Below are positions 57,324-64,000 of a DNA stretch of 64,000 bases, piece by piece. The DNA comes from Candidatus Sericytochromatia bacterium. Lineage in GTDB: Bacteria; Cyanobacteriota; Sericytochromatia; UBA7694. Each line of letters starts with the position of its first letter. The stretch's first letter is position 1. A model generated the notes under the pieces. The model searched no databases. It had not been told where the DNA came from and worked only from the letters and a program-made list of their open reading frames with translations. Position numbers and translations under genes: made by a program. The stretch spans positions 9,848 through 73,847 of the forward strand of contig JBIKWL010000006.1 in assembly GCA_044356335.1 (NCBI GenBank), read 5' to 3'.

Positions 57324-59165
57324 ATGCTTGACCAAAGGTCGGCTTTCACCCCTGAGCAAGCCCTGATAGACCTCTTCCAGATTCCACTGGGACTGGAGAC
57401 GTCGGTGCGGCAATTGGTAGCTGGCTTTAAATTGAGAACGCGCCATTTCGAGACTTTCTGCCAGCACCCCTTGGGGCAAACGCGGTGCTTTCAACGCCTG
57501 CCATTCATCCAGTAGCCAGTCAGACGTCTCGTCAAAAAAGCGATCGAGCAATTCGTTTTCGATCAGGCCGTGGTAGACCAAATTAATCGCTGAAAGCCAG
57601 ATTTTCTCGGGCTGACCAGGAATCGCGGGGCCAGGAGAATAGAGTGGCTCTCCTTTCAAAATTCCCGCCACACGGGCCTGCAAAAATGTGTGGATCTGAT
57701 GCGAGAGCGGGGCGCGCTCGGCTTTTAAGTTTTGCCATTGCTGGAGCAAATAAACCAAAGACAGCTCTTCGATTTCCATCAGCAAGAGCAAGGGCAATTG
57801 CAGGGCCCTTTGGTAAAAATAGAGCAAATCTGTGATCCAGGCCAAAATGCGCATTTGGGCCCAGTCATTGCGGCTGAAGCTGCTGCTGCCCACCACCAAT
57901 TCATAGGTCTCAAAGGGTTTCTGCCAGTCCTCAAGTGGGCCCCAGGGAATCACCGCGGGCACAAACAGGGTTTCCAATTGGTGGGTTTTGCGGTATTCCG
58001 GCTGGGCCATTGGCGCATTGGGCAGCAGCGAAATTTCATAAAAACGCAATTGCTCGTGTTGGCCACCGCGAATCACGGCTTCCAGACCTTGGGCAAATGA
58101 GTCCAAGGTTTCGCCAGGCACGCCGATCAGCAGATCGGTATAGGTCGGAACCCCCGCCGCTTTAAAGCGCTTTTGCAGCTCCTGGTAACTCTCGAGGGAG
58201 ATATTCTCGCGCTGAATGGCCTGCAAGGCATTGGGAGAAAGGGATTGAAAAGAAAGTGTCGCACCTCGGCTGAGGCCATTTTCGGAGAGGGTGGTCTGGA
58301 TGCGGTAGACCTTTTCGGTGGCATTTTTGGCACTTTGGGTATGTACATCGGTTGGGAATCCGGTCTGTTTGTGTTGTGCGACAATTTCAGCGATCAGTTC
58401 TTCGTCGCGCTGCAACATGCCAAAATTGGCGTCACAGCAGAAGAGCGAGTGAATGCGGCGCTGAGAAAACCACTCGATTTCGGCCATCAGGCGCTCCAGC
58501 GGAAAGCGCAGCACCTTGCTGCCGGTCGCCGAACCCCAATCACAAAAGCTGCAAGAAAACGGGCAGCCCCGATTGGTTTCCCAGGAGGCGATCCAATGTT
58601 CATCGGGGTGAGCTGCCAAAAGCGGATCCAGCACCCCCGAAAGATAGGGCGAGGCTATTTCTGCCAGATCGCGTTTCCAGGGTGCGCGCGGTACGTGCAC
58701 AAATTGAGCCTGCGCATCTAAATAGCTCACGCCTGGCAGTTCTGACCAAGGGCGCAGGGGATAGGCTTCGAGTAGGGCCAAAAAGAGCTCTTCGCCGGGG
58801 CCATGGCAGCAGAGATCGACCTGGGGGTGTTGTCTTAAGAACGTCTCGGCCCGATCCGGGACTTGGGGACCGCCAAAGACAATCCAAATCTCCGGTTTGA
58901 TTTTTTTGAGGGCCGCAGCCACTGCCAGGGAGCGCTCAATATTCCAAACATAGACACTGAATGCGACAAGATCTGCAGCCAGCAATTTTTCCACAGTCTT
59001 TTCCACAGCTTCGATTTGAAAGACCGGCAATAAAAAGAGATAGCGCTGTGGATTCTGGCTCTGGGCCAGAACCTGGGCCTGCAAAAGGGCCACCGAATAG
59101 GGCAAAAAACGCTGATCAAAGAAGCGCTGGTTCATTTGAACCAAACCAATCACAATCGGCTTCAT
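57303..59165 (-). CDS. B12-binding domain radical SAM protein
   Basis: N-terminal cobalamin-binding-like domain, then the CxxxCxxC radical SAM motif (NRGCPFSCSFCDW). Confidence 0.8.
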   Translation of the reverse strand: MKPIVIGLVQMNQRFFDQRFLPYSVALLQAQVLAQSQNPQRYLFLLPVFQIEAVEKTVEKLLAADLVAFSVYVWNIERSLAVAAALKKIKPEIWIVFGGPQVPDRAETFLRQHPQVDLCCHGPGEELFLALLEAYPLRPWSELPGVSYLDAQAQFVHVPRAPWKRDLAEIASPYLSGVLDPLLAAHPDEHWIASWETNRGCPFSCSFCDWGSATGSKVLRFPLERLMAEIEWFSQRRIHSLFCCDANFGMLQRDEELIAEIVAQHKQTGFPTDVHTQSAKNATEKVYRIQTTLSENGLSRGATLSFQSLSPNALQAIQRENISLESYQELQKRFKAAGVPTYTDLLIGVPGETLDSFAQGLEAVIRGGQHEQLRFYEISLLPNAPMAQPEYRKTHQLETLFVPAVIPWGPLEDWQKPFETYELVVGSSSFSRNDWAQMRILAWITDLLYFYQRALQLPLLLLMEIEELSLVYLLQQWQNLKAERAPLSHQIHTFLQARVAGILKGEPLYSPGPAIPGQPEKIWLSAINLVYHGLIENELLDRFFDETSDWLLDEWQALKAPRLPQGVLAESLEMARSQFKASYQLPHRRLQSQWNLEEVYQGLLRGESRPLVKHSALLTQ

Positions 59166-59182
59166 TGTCTCCCCCTAAAATA

Positions 59183-59216
59183 AAAACAGGGCCAGTTGGC
59201 CCTGATATCTGTTATG
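59183..59216 (-). terminator. rho-independent terminator downstream of the glycine-zipper protein gene
   Basis: The minus strand reads CAGGGCC-aact-GGCCCTG followed by TTTTTATTTT, located ~25 nt after the stop at 59241. Confidence 0.55.
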
Positions 59217-59240
59217 AAAATCTTTGTTTAAAATCGACGC

Positions 59241-60116
59241 TTAACGGCGCTGCATGCTCATCATTTGTTGCGGAGACATCATGCTGCTGACGCTGCTGAA
59301 ACCACCTTGGGGGGTGATTTGGATATTGATCCCAATCGGTTGACCGACAGCCGGACCATTGTTGCCAGGCAAGCTGGGCAGGGTGGAATAACCATTGCCG
59401 GGATTAAAGTTGGTCAGGGCAGCTCCGCCATTGGTGGGGCGGCTGCCGTCTTCGGTGATGCTGGCAATGGTGCTGAGGTCTTTGTTGGTGCTTTTGGCTT
59501 CCATGGCGCCTTTGATGGCGCCATAGGTCATGGTGATACCGGCACCGACGCCACCTGCGATGGCGATCAGCTTCAAGCCGCCGACAACCCCTGATTTCAG
59601 GGCGTCTAAAATACCACCGGCAAATCCGGGGGGCATACCAACGGGAGCTGCGGCCAAACTGGCACCAACGGCACCGACTGCGGCGCCTTGGCCTGAGGCT
59701 TTGACCATCTGATAAATGCTGTAGCCAGCGAGACCCACACCACCGGCCACACCTGCGGTTGGACCAATCGTGGTAATGATATTCTTGACGGCACCAAAGA
59801 CGGCGTCGCTGCTGTCTTTGATCGCTTTGATGGCGCCCAATTTGGCCCCTTCCATCATGCTGTTGGCTTCGTCGTCATAGGCCACGATATCTGCTTTTTG
59901 GCTGTCGAAAGCCACGGTGGGAATATTGTTCTTTTTGAGTGCGCTGATATTCAAAGAATCGCCATAAGCCACATAGGCTTTGCCGTTGGAGGTGAAAAAA
60001 ACTTCATCTAAGCCATTATTTTTGGTCTTTAAGGCGGCCTGTTCAATTGTGATACCGGGCTTGAGGGCCCTTACTCCCTGAACGGCGATGCTGACTCCGT
60101 TAATGGTCAAACTCAT
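59241..60116 (-). CDS. Gly/Ala-rich glycine-zipper protein of unknown function (no signal peptide)
   Basis: 291 aa. Central GxxxG/AxxxG zipper stretches (GPTAGVAGGVGLAGYSIY...GAAVGAVGASLAAAPVG...GGLKLIAIAGGVGAGITMTYGAIKGA). C-terminal Gly/Asn/Pro/Ser/Met-rich tail. Confidence 0.5.
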   Translation of the reverse strand: MSLTINGVSIAVQGVRALKPGITIEQAALKTKNNGLDEVFFTSNGKAYVAYGDSLNISALKKNNIPTVAFDSQKADIVAYDDEANSMMEGAKLGAIKAIKDSSDAVFGAVKNIITTIGPTAGVAGGVGLAGYSIYQMVKASGQGAAVGAVGASLAAAPVGMPPGFAGGILDALKSGVVGGLKLIAIAGGVGAGITMTYGAIKGAMEAKSTNKDLSTIASITEDGSRPTNGGAALTNFNPGNGYSTLPSLPGNNGPAVGQPIGINIQITPQGGFSSVSSMMSPQQMMSMQRR

Positions 60117-60410
60117 GGCGCATTACCTTTTACAACAATATTCTCAAAACAGATATGGGTCTTACTGAAGAAGTTATCGTTATCACACGAATAAAACTTG
60201 CTTAAAAAAACATTAAAAACAGATCAAGATGTCAAAAAAGAGTCTGATTGTGGCTTCGCTTAAACCCTGACTTGATCAAGATCCCCTGGATTGATTGATA
60301 TAGATCAAAGTGCAAACGGTCTGAAATAGGCTATAAAATATGATAGATTAATGGATAGAATGAATAAATAAAACTCATCTTCGCTGCACACAATACAGAA
60401 GGACAGTTTC

Positions 60411-61757
60411 GTGCAATTTATTTTACTGGGACTCAATCACCGCACAGCCTCTCTCGATATCCGAGAACGCTTTGCTTTTTCAGGTGATACGCTTACGCAG
60501 GCCTTGGCGGCCTGTCAACAGGCCCCTGAAATCAGTGAAGCAGTCATTCTCTCGACCTGCAATCGCACCGAGATCTATGCTTTAACCGAACAATTAAGTG
60601 CCTCACGCGAAGTGCTCAAAAACCTGCTCTGTGAACATGCGGCTTTGAGTCCTGACTGTTTTGAGGATATTTCGTATACCGCTTACAATAAATTTGCAGC
60701 CCAACATCTGTTTCAGGTGGCTGCAGGCCTCGATTCGATGGTCTATGGCGAAAATGAAATTCTGCGCCAGGTCAAAGATGCCCTTTTGGATGCCCAGGTG
60801 GCTGAAGCCTCTGGCGCCGTCCTCAATCAATTGTTTACCTCCGCGATTCGGGCCGGAAAACGGGTCCGCAGCGAAACCGCGATCAATCAGGGTGCCGCCT
60901 CGATTGGCTCGGTCTCTGCCCGTTTGATCCGTGAATATGCCCAGGCCCTGCAGCGGGAACCCCGGATTCTCTTGCTGGGCACAGGCAAAATGGGTGAGGT
61001 CACTCTGATGCATTTGGCCCAAACGCCGTGTTCCCTGACCTTGGCCAATCGCTCCCGTGCCAAGGCCGAAGAACTGGCGGCCGCCTACGGACGTGGCAGC
61101 GTGGTTGACCTGGCAGAGATGCCAGATCAATTGGCCCAACACGATGTGGTCATTACCTGCACGGCTGCCGATCATTATTTGGTCGATTATAGCCATCAAG
61201 CGGCCTTTTCTCAGCGCAAGCAGCCTGTTCTGCTCATCGATTTATCCGTTCCCCGCAATATCGATCCCCATTTGGCTGAAATTGAAGGGGTTTCTTATTA
61301 CGATATGGACCGCCTCCAGCAGGTGGTGGAGCGTTCTTACGAAAATCGCATGTTGTGTCAGGACTTGGCCGAGACGATTCTGGCCGACGAAATGGCGCGT
61401 TTCTTGGAGTGGTTTAATACCCGCGACGTGGTGCCCACGATTCAATCCCTGTACGAAATGTTTAACGAGATCCGTAGCCGGGAAATGGAACGTGGCCTGA
61501 AAAAATACCAGGGCGAAGTCGCTCCCGAGGTCCACGATTTGCTGGATCGGGTCAGCCGTGCGATTACCCAAAAGATCCTTCATTACCCGGTTGTACAGCT
61601 CAAGGTTGAACGGGATCCCGAGCGCAAGCAATTGTATACAGATGTGCTCTCCGCGCTGTTTAAACTCGATGCCCAAGATGGCATTGACCGCTTTGTGCAT
61701 ACCGAGCTTTCTGAGCCTGCCAAGTCTCCTCACCGACACGTTCACAAACATGACTGA
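60411..61757 (+). CDS. hemA: glutamyl-tRNA reductase
   Basis: GTG start. The N-terminus (ILLGLNHRTASLDIRERFAF...LSTCNRTEIYA) is diagnostic for HemA. Confidence 0.9.
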   Translation: MQFILLGLNHRTASLDIRERFAFSGDTLTQALAACQQAPEISEAVILSTCNRTEIYALTEQLSASREVLKNLLCEHAALSPDCFEDISYTAYNKFAAQHLFQVAAGLDSMVYGENEILRQVKDALLDAQVAEASGAVLNQLFTSAIRAGKRVRSETAINQGAASIGSVSARLIREYAQALQREPRILLLGTGKMGEVTLMHLAQTPCSLTLANRSRAKAEELAAAYGRGSVVDLAEMPDQLAQHDVVITCTAADHYLVDYSHQAAFSQRKQPVLLIDLSVPRNIDPHLAEIEGVSYYDMDRLQQVVERSYENRMLCQDLAETILADEMARFLEWFNTRDVVPTIQSLYEMFNEIRSREMERGLKKYQGEVAPEVHDLLDRVSRAITQKILHYPVVQLKVERDPERKQLYTDVLSALFKLDAQDGIDRFVHTELSEPAKSPHRHVHKHD

Positions 61758-62673
61758 ACTTCTGCGCCCCCGCCTGGGCACCCGCGGGAGTCCGCTGGCC
61801 CTGTGGCAGACCGAGCAAGTGGCTTTGCGCCTCAAACAGCAATTGCCGGGCTGTGAACCCCAGATCTGCGTGATCAAAACCCAGGGCGACCGCATTTTGG
61901 ATTTGCCCCTGGCCCAAATTGGCGACAAAGGCCTGTTTACCCAAGAATTGGAAACGGCCCTGCTGCAAAACGAAATTGATCTGGCTGTGCACAGCTTAAA
62001 AGATCTGCCGACAGAATTGCCCCCCGGCTTGGCCCTGGGCGCCATATTAGAGCGGCACTCGCCCCACGATGTCTTGGTCTCTCAGGGCAATCTTCAACTC
62101 GAAGACTTGCCCGCCGGTGCTTTGGTGGGCACGGGCAGCCAGCGCCGCCGCACCCAATTGATGCAGGCCCGGCCCGATCTGGTTTTTCAGGATCTGCGCG
62201 GCAATATTCAAACCCGTTTGAACAAATTGGACCGGGGCGATTACGCCGCGATTGTGATGGCCCAAGCCGCACTGGATCGCCTGCAAATGAGCCACCGTAT
62301 CAGCCAAGTCTTGCCTTTGGCCCTGATGTTGCCCGCCGTCGGTCAAGGGGCGATTGGGATTGAAATCTCTGAATCCCGCGCCGATCTTAAAACGGTTTTA
62401 AGCGCTTTACACGATCTGCCCACCGGTTTTGCTTGCAGTGCCGAGCGGGCGTTTTTGCGCGCCTTGGGGGGCGGCTGCCAGACCCCTCTGGGGGCCTATG
62501 CCCTGTTTTCAAGCGACAATCCCGAGCACCTGCTGCTCTATGGCTATTTGTCCAGCGAAGATGGCGCCCATTTTTGGCGCGATCGCATCGAAGGGCCCGC
62601 CACCGAGCCCGAAGCCCTGGGCAGACAGTTGGCTGAGCGCATGAAAGCCCAAGCTGGCCCACTTTTTCATTGA
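61750..62673 (+). CDS. hemC: porphobilinogen deaminase (hydroxymethylbilane synthase)
   Basis: MTELLRPRLGTRGSPLALWQTEQV... from ATG 61750, overlapping the hemA stop by 8 nt. The track ORF 61558..62673 is over-extended at its N-terminus. Confidence 0.9.
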   Translation: MTELLRPRLGTRGSPLALWQTEQVALRLKQQLPGCEPQICVIKTQGDRILDLPLAQIGDKGLFTQELETALLQNEIDLAVHSLKDLPTELPPGLALGAILERHSPHDVLVSQGNLQLEDLPAGALVGTGSQRRRTQLMQARPDLVFQDLRGNIQTRLNKLDRGDYAAIVMAQAALDRLQMSHRISQVLPLALMLPAVGQGAIGIEISESRADLKTVLSALHDLPTGFACSAERAFLRALGGGCQTPLGAYALFSSDNPEHLLLYGYLSSEDGAHFWRDRIEGPATEPEALGRQLAERMKAQAGPLFH

Positions 62674-62738
62674 GCCTTTGCGTGCTTTGGCTAAAATTTG
62701 GGTAAAATAGAAACAGATCCAATCTCTGAGAAAGACTG

Positions 62739-63758
62739 ATGACCATGAAAAAGAAGTACACCGTTGGAATTTTAGGCGCAACCGGCTTGGTGGGGCGTGA
62801 AATGATCAAGACCCTGCTGGAGCGCAAATTCCCGGTGGCCAAATGGGTGCCGCTGGCCTCTGCCCGTTCTGCGGGCACTGTCGTCAGTGTGGGCAAACAG
62901 CATTTGCCTGTGCAAATTGCCGAGCCCGAAGCGTTTAAAGGCATCGACTTTCTCTTTTCTTCGGCTGGCGGCAGTGTGAGCAAGGCCCTGGTGCCCGCCG
63001 CTGTCGAGCAGGGCTGTATCGTGATCGACAATACCAGCGCCTTTCGCATGCAAGATTGGGTGCCCTTGGTGGTGCCCGAAGTCAATGCCGAAGCCCTGCG
63101 CAACCACAAAGGCCTGATTGCCAATCCCAATTGCTCCACTGCGCAACTCGTGGTGGTGCTCAAGCCCCTGCACGATGCCTTTGGCATCAAACGCATTGTC
63201 TGCTCGACCTATCAAGCCGTCTCGGGTGCCGGCAAGAAGGCCATCGAAGAACTGTATACCCAGTCCGAACAGGTCTTGAGCGGCCAGCCCGCCCTGCCTC
63301 AGGTCTTGCCTTATCCGATTGCCTTTAATGTGATTCCCTTTATCGGGGAATTTGAGCCCAATGGCTATACCAACGAAGAGATGAAAATGACCCACGAAGT
63401 GGCCAAGATCATGGGCGAGGCGATTCCGACCACAGCCACCTGTGTGCGGGTGCCCGTGGCCAATGGCCACAGTGAGTCGGTGAATATTGAATTTTCGCGT
63501 CCTGTCTCGCCGCAAGAGGCCCGGTTGGTGCTGCAAGAGGCCCCGCTGATCACGATCCGCGACGACCGCCAACTCAGGCACTTTCCCTATCCGCTGGATG
63601 TCTCGGGTACGGATTCGGTCTATGTGGGCCGGATTCGCGAAGATGTCTCGCATCCCCATGGTCTGAATCTCTGGATTGTGGCCGACAATCTGCGCAAAGG
63701 TGCGGCCCTCAATGCCGTGCAAATTGCCGAAAAAATGGTTGAGATGGGGCTGGTTTAA
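62739..63758 (+). CDS. asd: aspartate-semialdehyde dehydrogenase
   Basis: N-terminus GILGATGLVGREM and the catalytic region ...IANPNCSTAQLVVVLKPL... Confidence 0.9.
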   Translation: MTMKKKYTVGILGATGLVGREMIKTLLERKFPVAKWVPLASARSAGTVVSVGKQHLPVQIAEPEAFKGIDFLFSSAGGSVSKALVPAAVEQGCIVIDNTSAFRMQDWVPLVVPEVNAEALRNHKGLIANPNCSTAQLVVVLKPLHDAFGIKRIVCSTYQAVSGAGKKAIEELYTQSEQVLSGQPALPQVLPYPIAFNVIPFIGEFEPNGYTNEEMKMTHEVAKIMGEAIPTTATCVRVPVANGHSESVNIEFSRPVSPQEARLVLQEAPLITIRDDRQLRHFPYPLDVSGTDSVYVGRIREDVSHPHGLNLWIVADNLRKGAALNAVQIAEKMVEMGLV

Positions 63759-63763
63759 TCTCT

Positions 63764-64000
63764 CTGGAGCGCTATTCCTGGACAGGGGCCCAGTTTCGCC
63801 GGGCCCGTGAAGCCGCAGCCTGGAGCCAAGTAGAACTGGCGGCGCGGGCCCATCTCTTTGTCTACGAGGTGCAAAAGCTCGAAGCGGGCCAAAAAATCCC
63901 GCCGAATAAATTTCCGCGTCTCTTGACCTGTCTGCAGCCCTATCTGGAAAAACCCAAGCGTGGGCCTGTGCGGCAGGCGTTTAAGCCAACACCGCCTCTT
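63764..64000 (+). CDS. partial ORF with HTH (XRE-like) motif, non-ATG start, truncated by window end
   Basis: The frame reads ...WTGAQFRRAREAAAWSQVELAARAHLFVYEVQKLEAGQKIP..., an XRE/Cro-like helix-turn-helix. No in-frame ATG and no stop before the window end. Confidence 0.3.
   Translation, partial: MERYSWTGAQFRRAREAAAWSQVELAARAHLFVYEVQKLEAGQKIPPNKFPRLLTCLQPYLEKPKRGPVRQAFKPTPPL

Noticed and set aside
61558-61749. N-terminal 64 aa of the track ORF 61558..62673
   Set aside because: It overlaps the hemA 3' end in another frame. HemC homology begins at MTELLRPRLG (ATG 61750), so the upstream part is an over-extension.
1-64000. Search for CRISPR arrays, integrases, transposases, tRNAs
   Set aside because: No arrayed short repeats were seen; the only tandem repeat is the (ATTGG)5 pentamer. 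No recombinase-like ORFs were found, and no tRNA-like cloverleaf sequences were evident in the intergenic gaps inspected.

Overview
This is a 64 kb chromosomal segment from a moderately GC-rich (~55-60% GC) lipoprotein-encoding, probably Gram-negative bacterium. Genes are densely packed on both strands. Part 1 - confident calls: aceB-aceA (glyoxylate shunt), rnpB (RNase P RNA, bacterial type A), hemA-hemC-asd, rbgA, a kynurenine-branch operon (RidA-like/3-hydroxyanthranilate dioxygenase/ACMSD), a B12-binding radical-SAM enzyme, BioY, a FecCD permease, M20 and M19 peptidases, a CFA-synthase-family methyltransferase, a PhaR-like regulator, and several sensor kinases including a 1.3k-aa hybrid kinase. 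Part 2 - accessory content stands out in four places. (1) A recombinogenic locus at 2.3-10.9 kb. A ~1 kb module (3' end of a 949-aa Cys/Pro-rich surface protein gene + intergenic region + the 5' ~870 nt of a lipoprotein gene) is present in near-identical direct copies. It yields two lipoprotein paralogues with the same N-terminal ~290 aa but different C-terminal domains, one a ~700-aa HExxH metallopeptidase-like region. There is an orphan third fragment, a BrnT/BrnA-like toxin-antitoxin pair sits between the copies, and an (ATTGG)5 repeat lies in the promoter region of the big surface protein gene. (2) A 3.1 kb AT-rich island (48.0-51.1 kb, ~33% GC against a ~58% background). It carries a single 990-aa multidomain GT4 glycosyltransferase gene, is flanked by an imperfect 21-bp direct repeat, and lies next to two large Fn3/TIG/beta-helix surface lipoproteins. 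(3) A minus-strand signalling cluster (36.0-41.9 kb): a V4R/XylR-N-type sensor HisKA_2 kinase, a single-domain receiver, a Ser/Thr kinase with a DUF4388 domain, a DUF457 membrane hydrolase, and two tandem paralogous proteins with Y/P/Q/G-rich prion-like N-termini. (4) A standalone proteasome-type Ntn hydrolase and a glycine-zipper-rich protein, both of unknown function. No CRISPR array, integrase, transposase or reverse transcriptase was seen. All calls rest on reading the translated ORFs and the DNA by eye; no database search was run.
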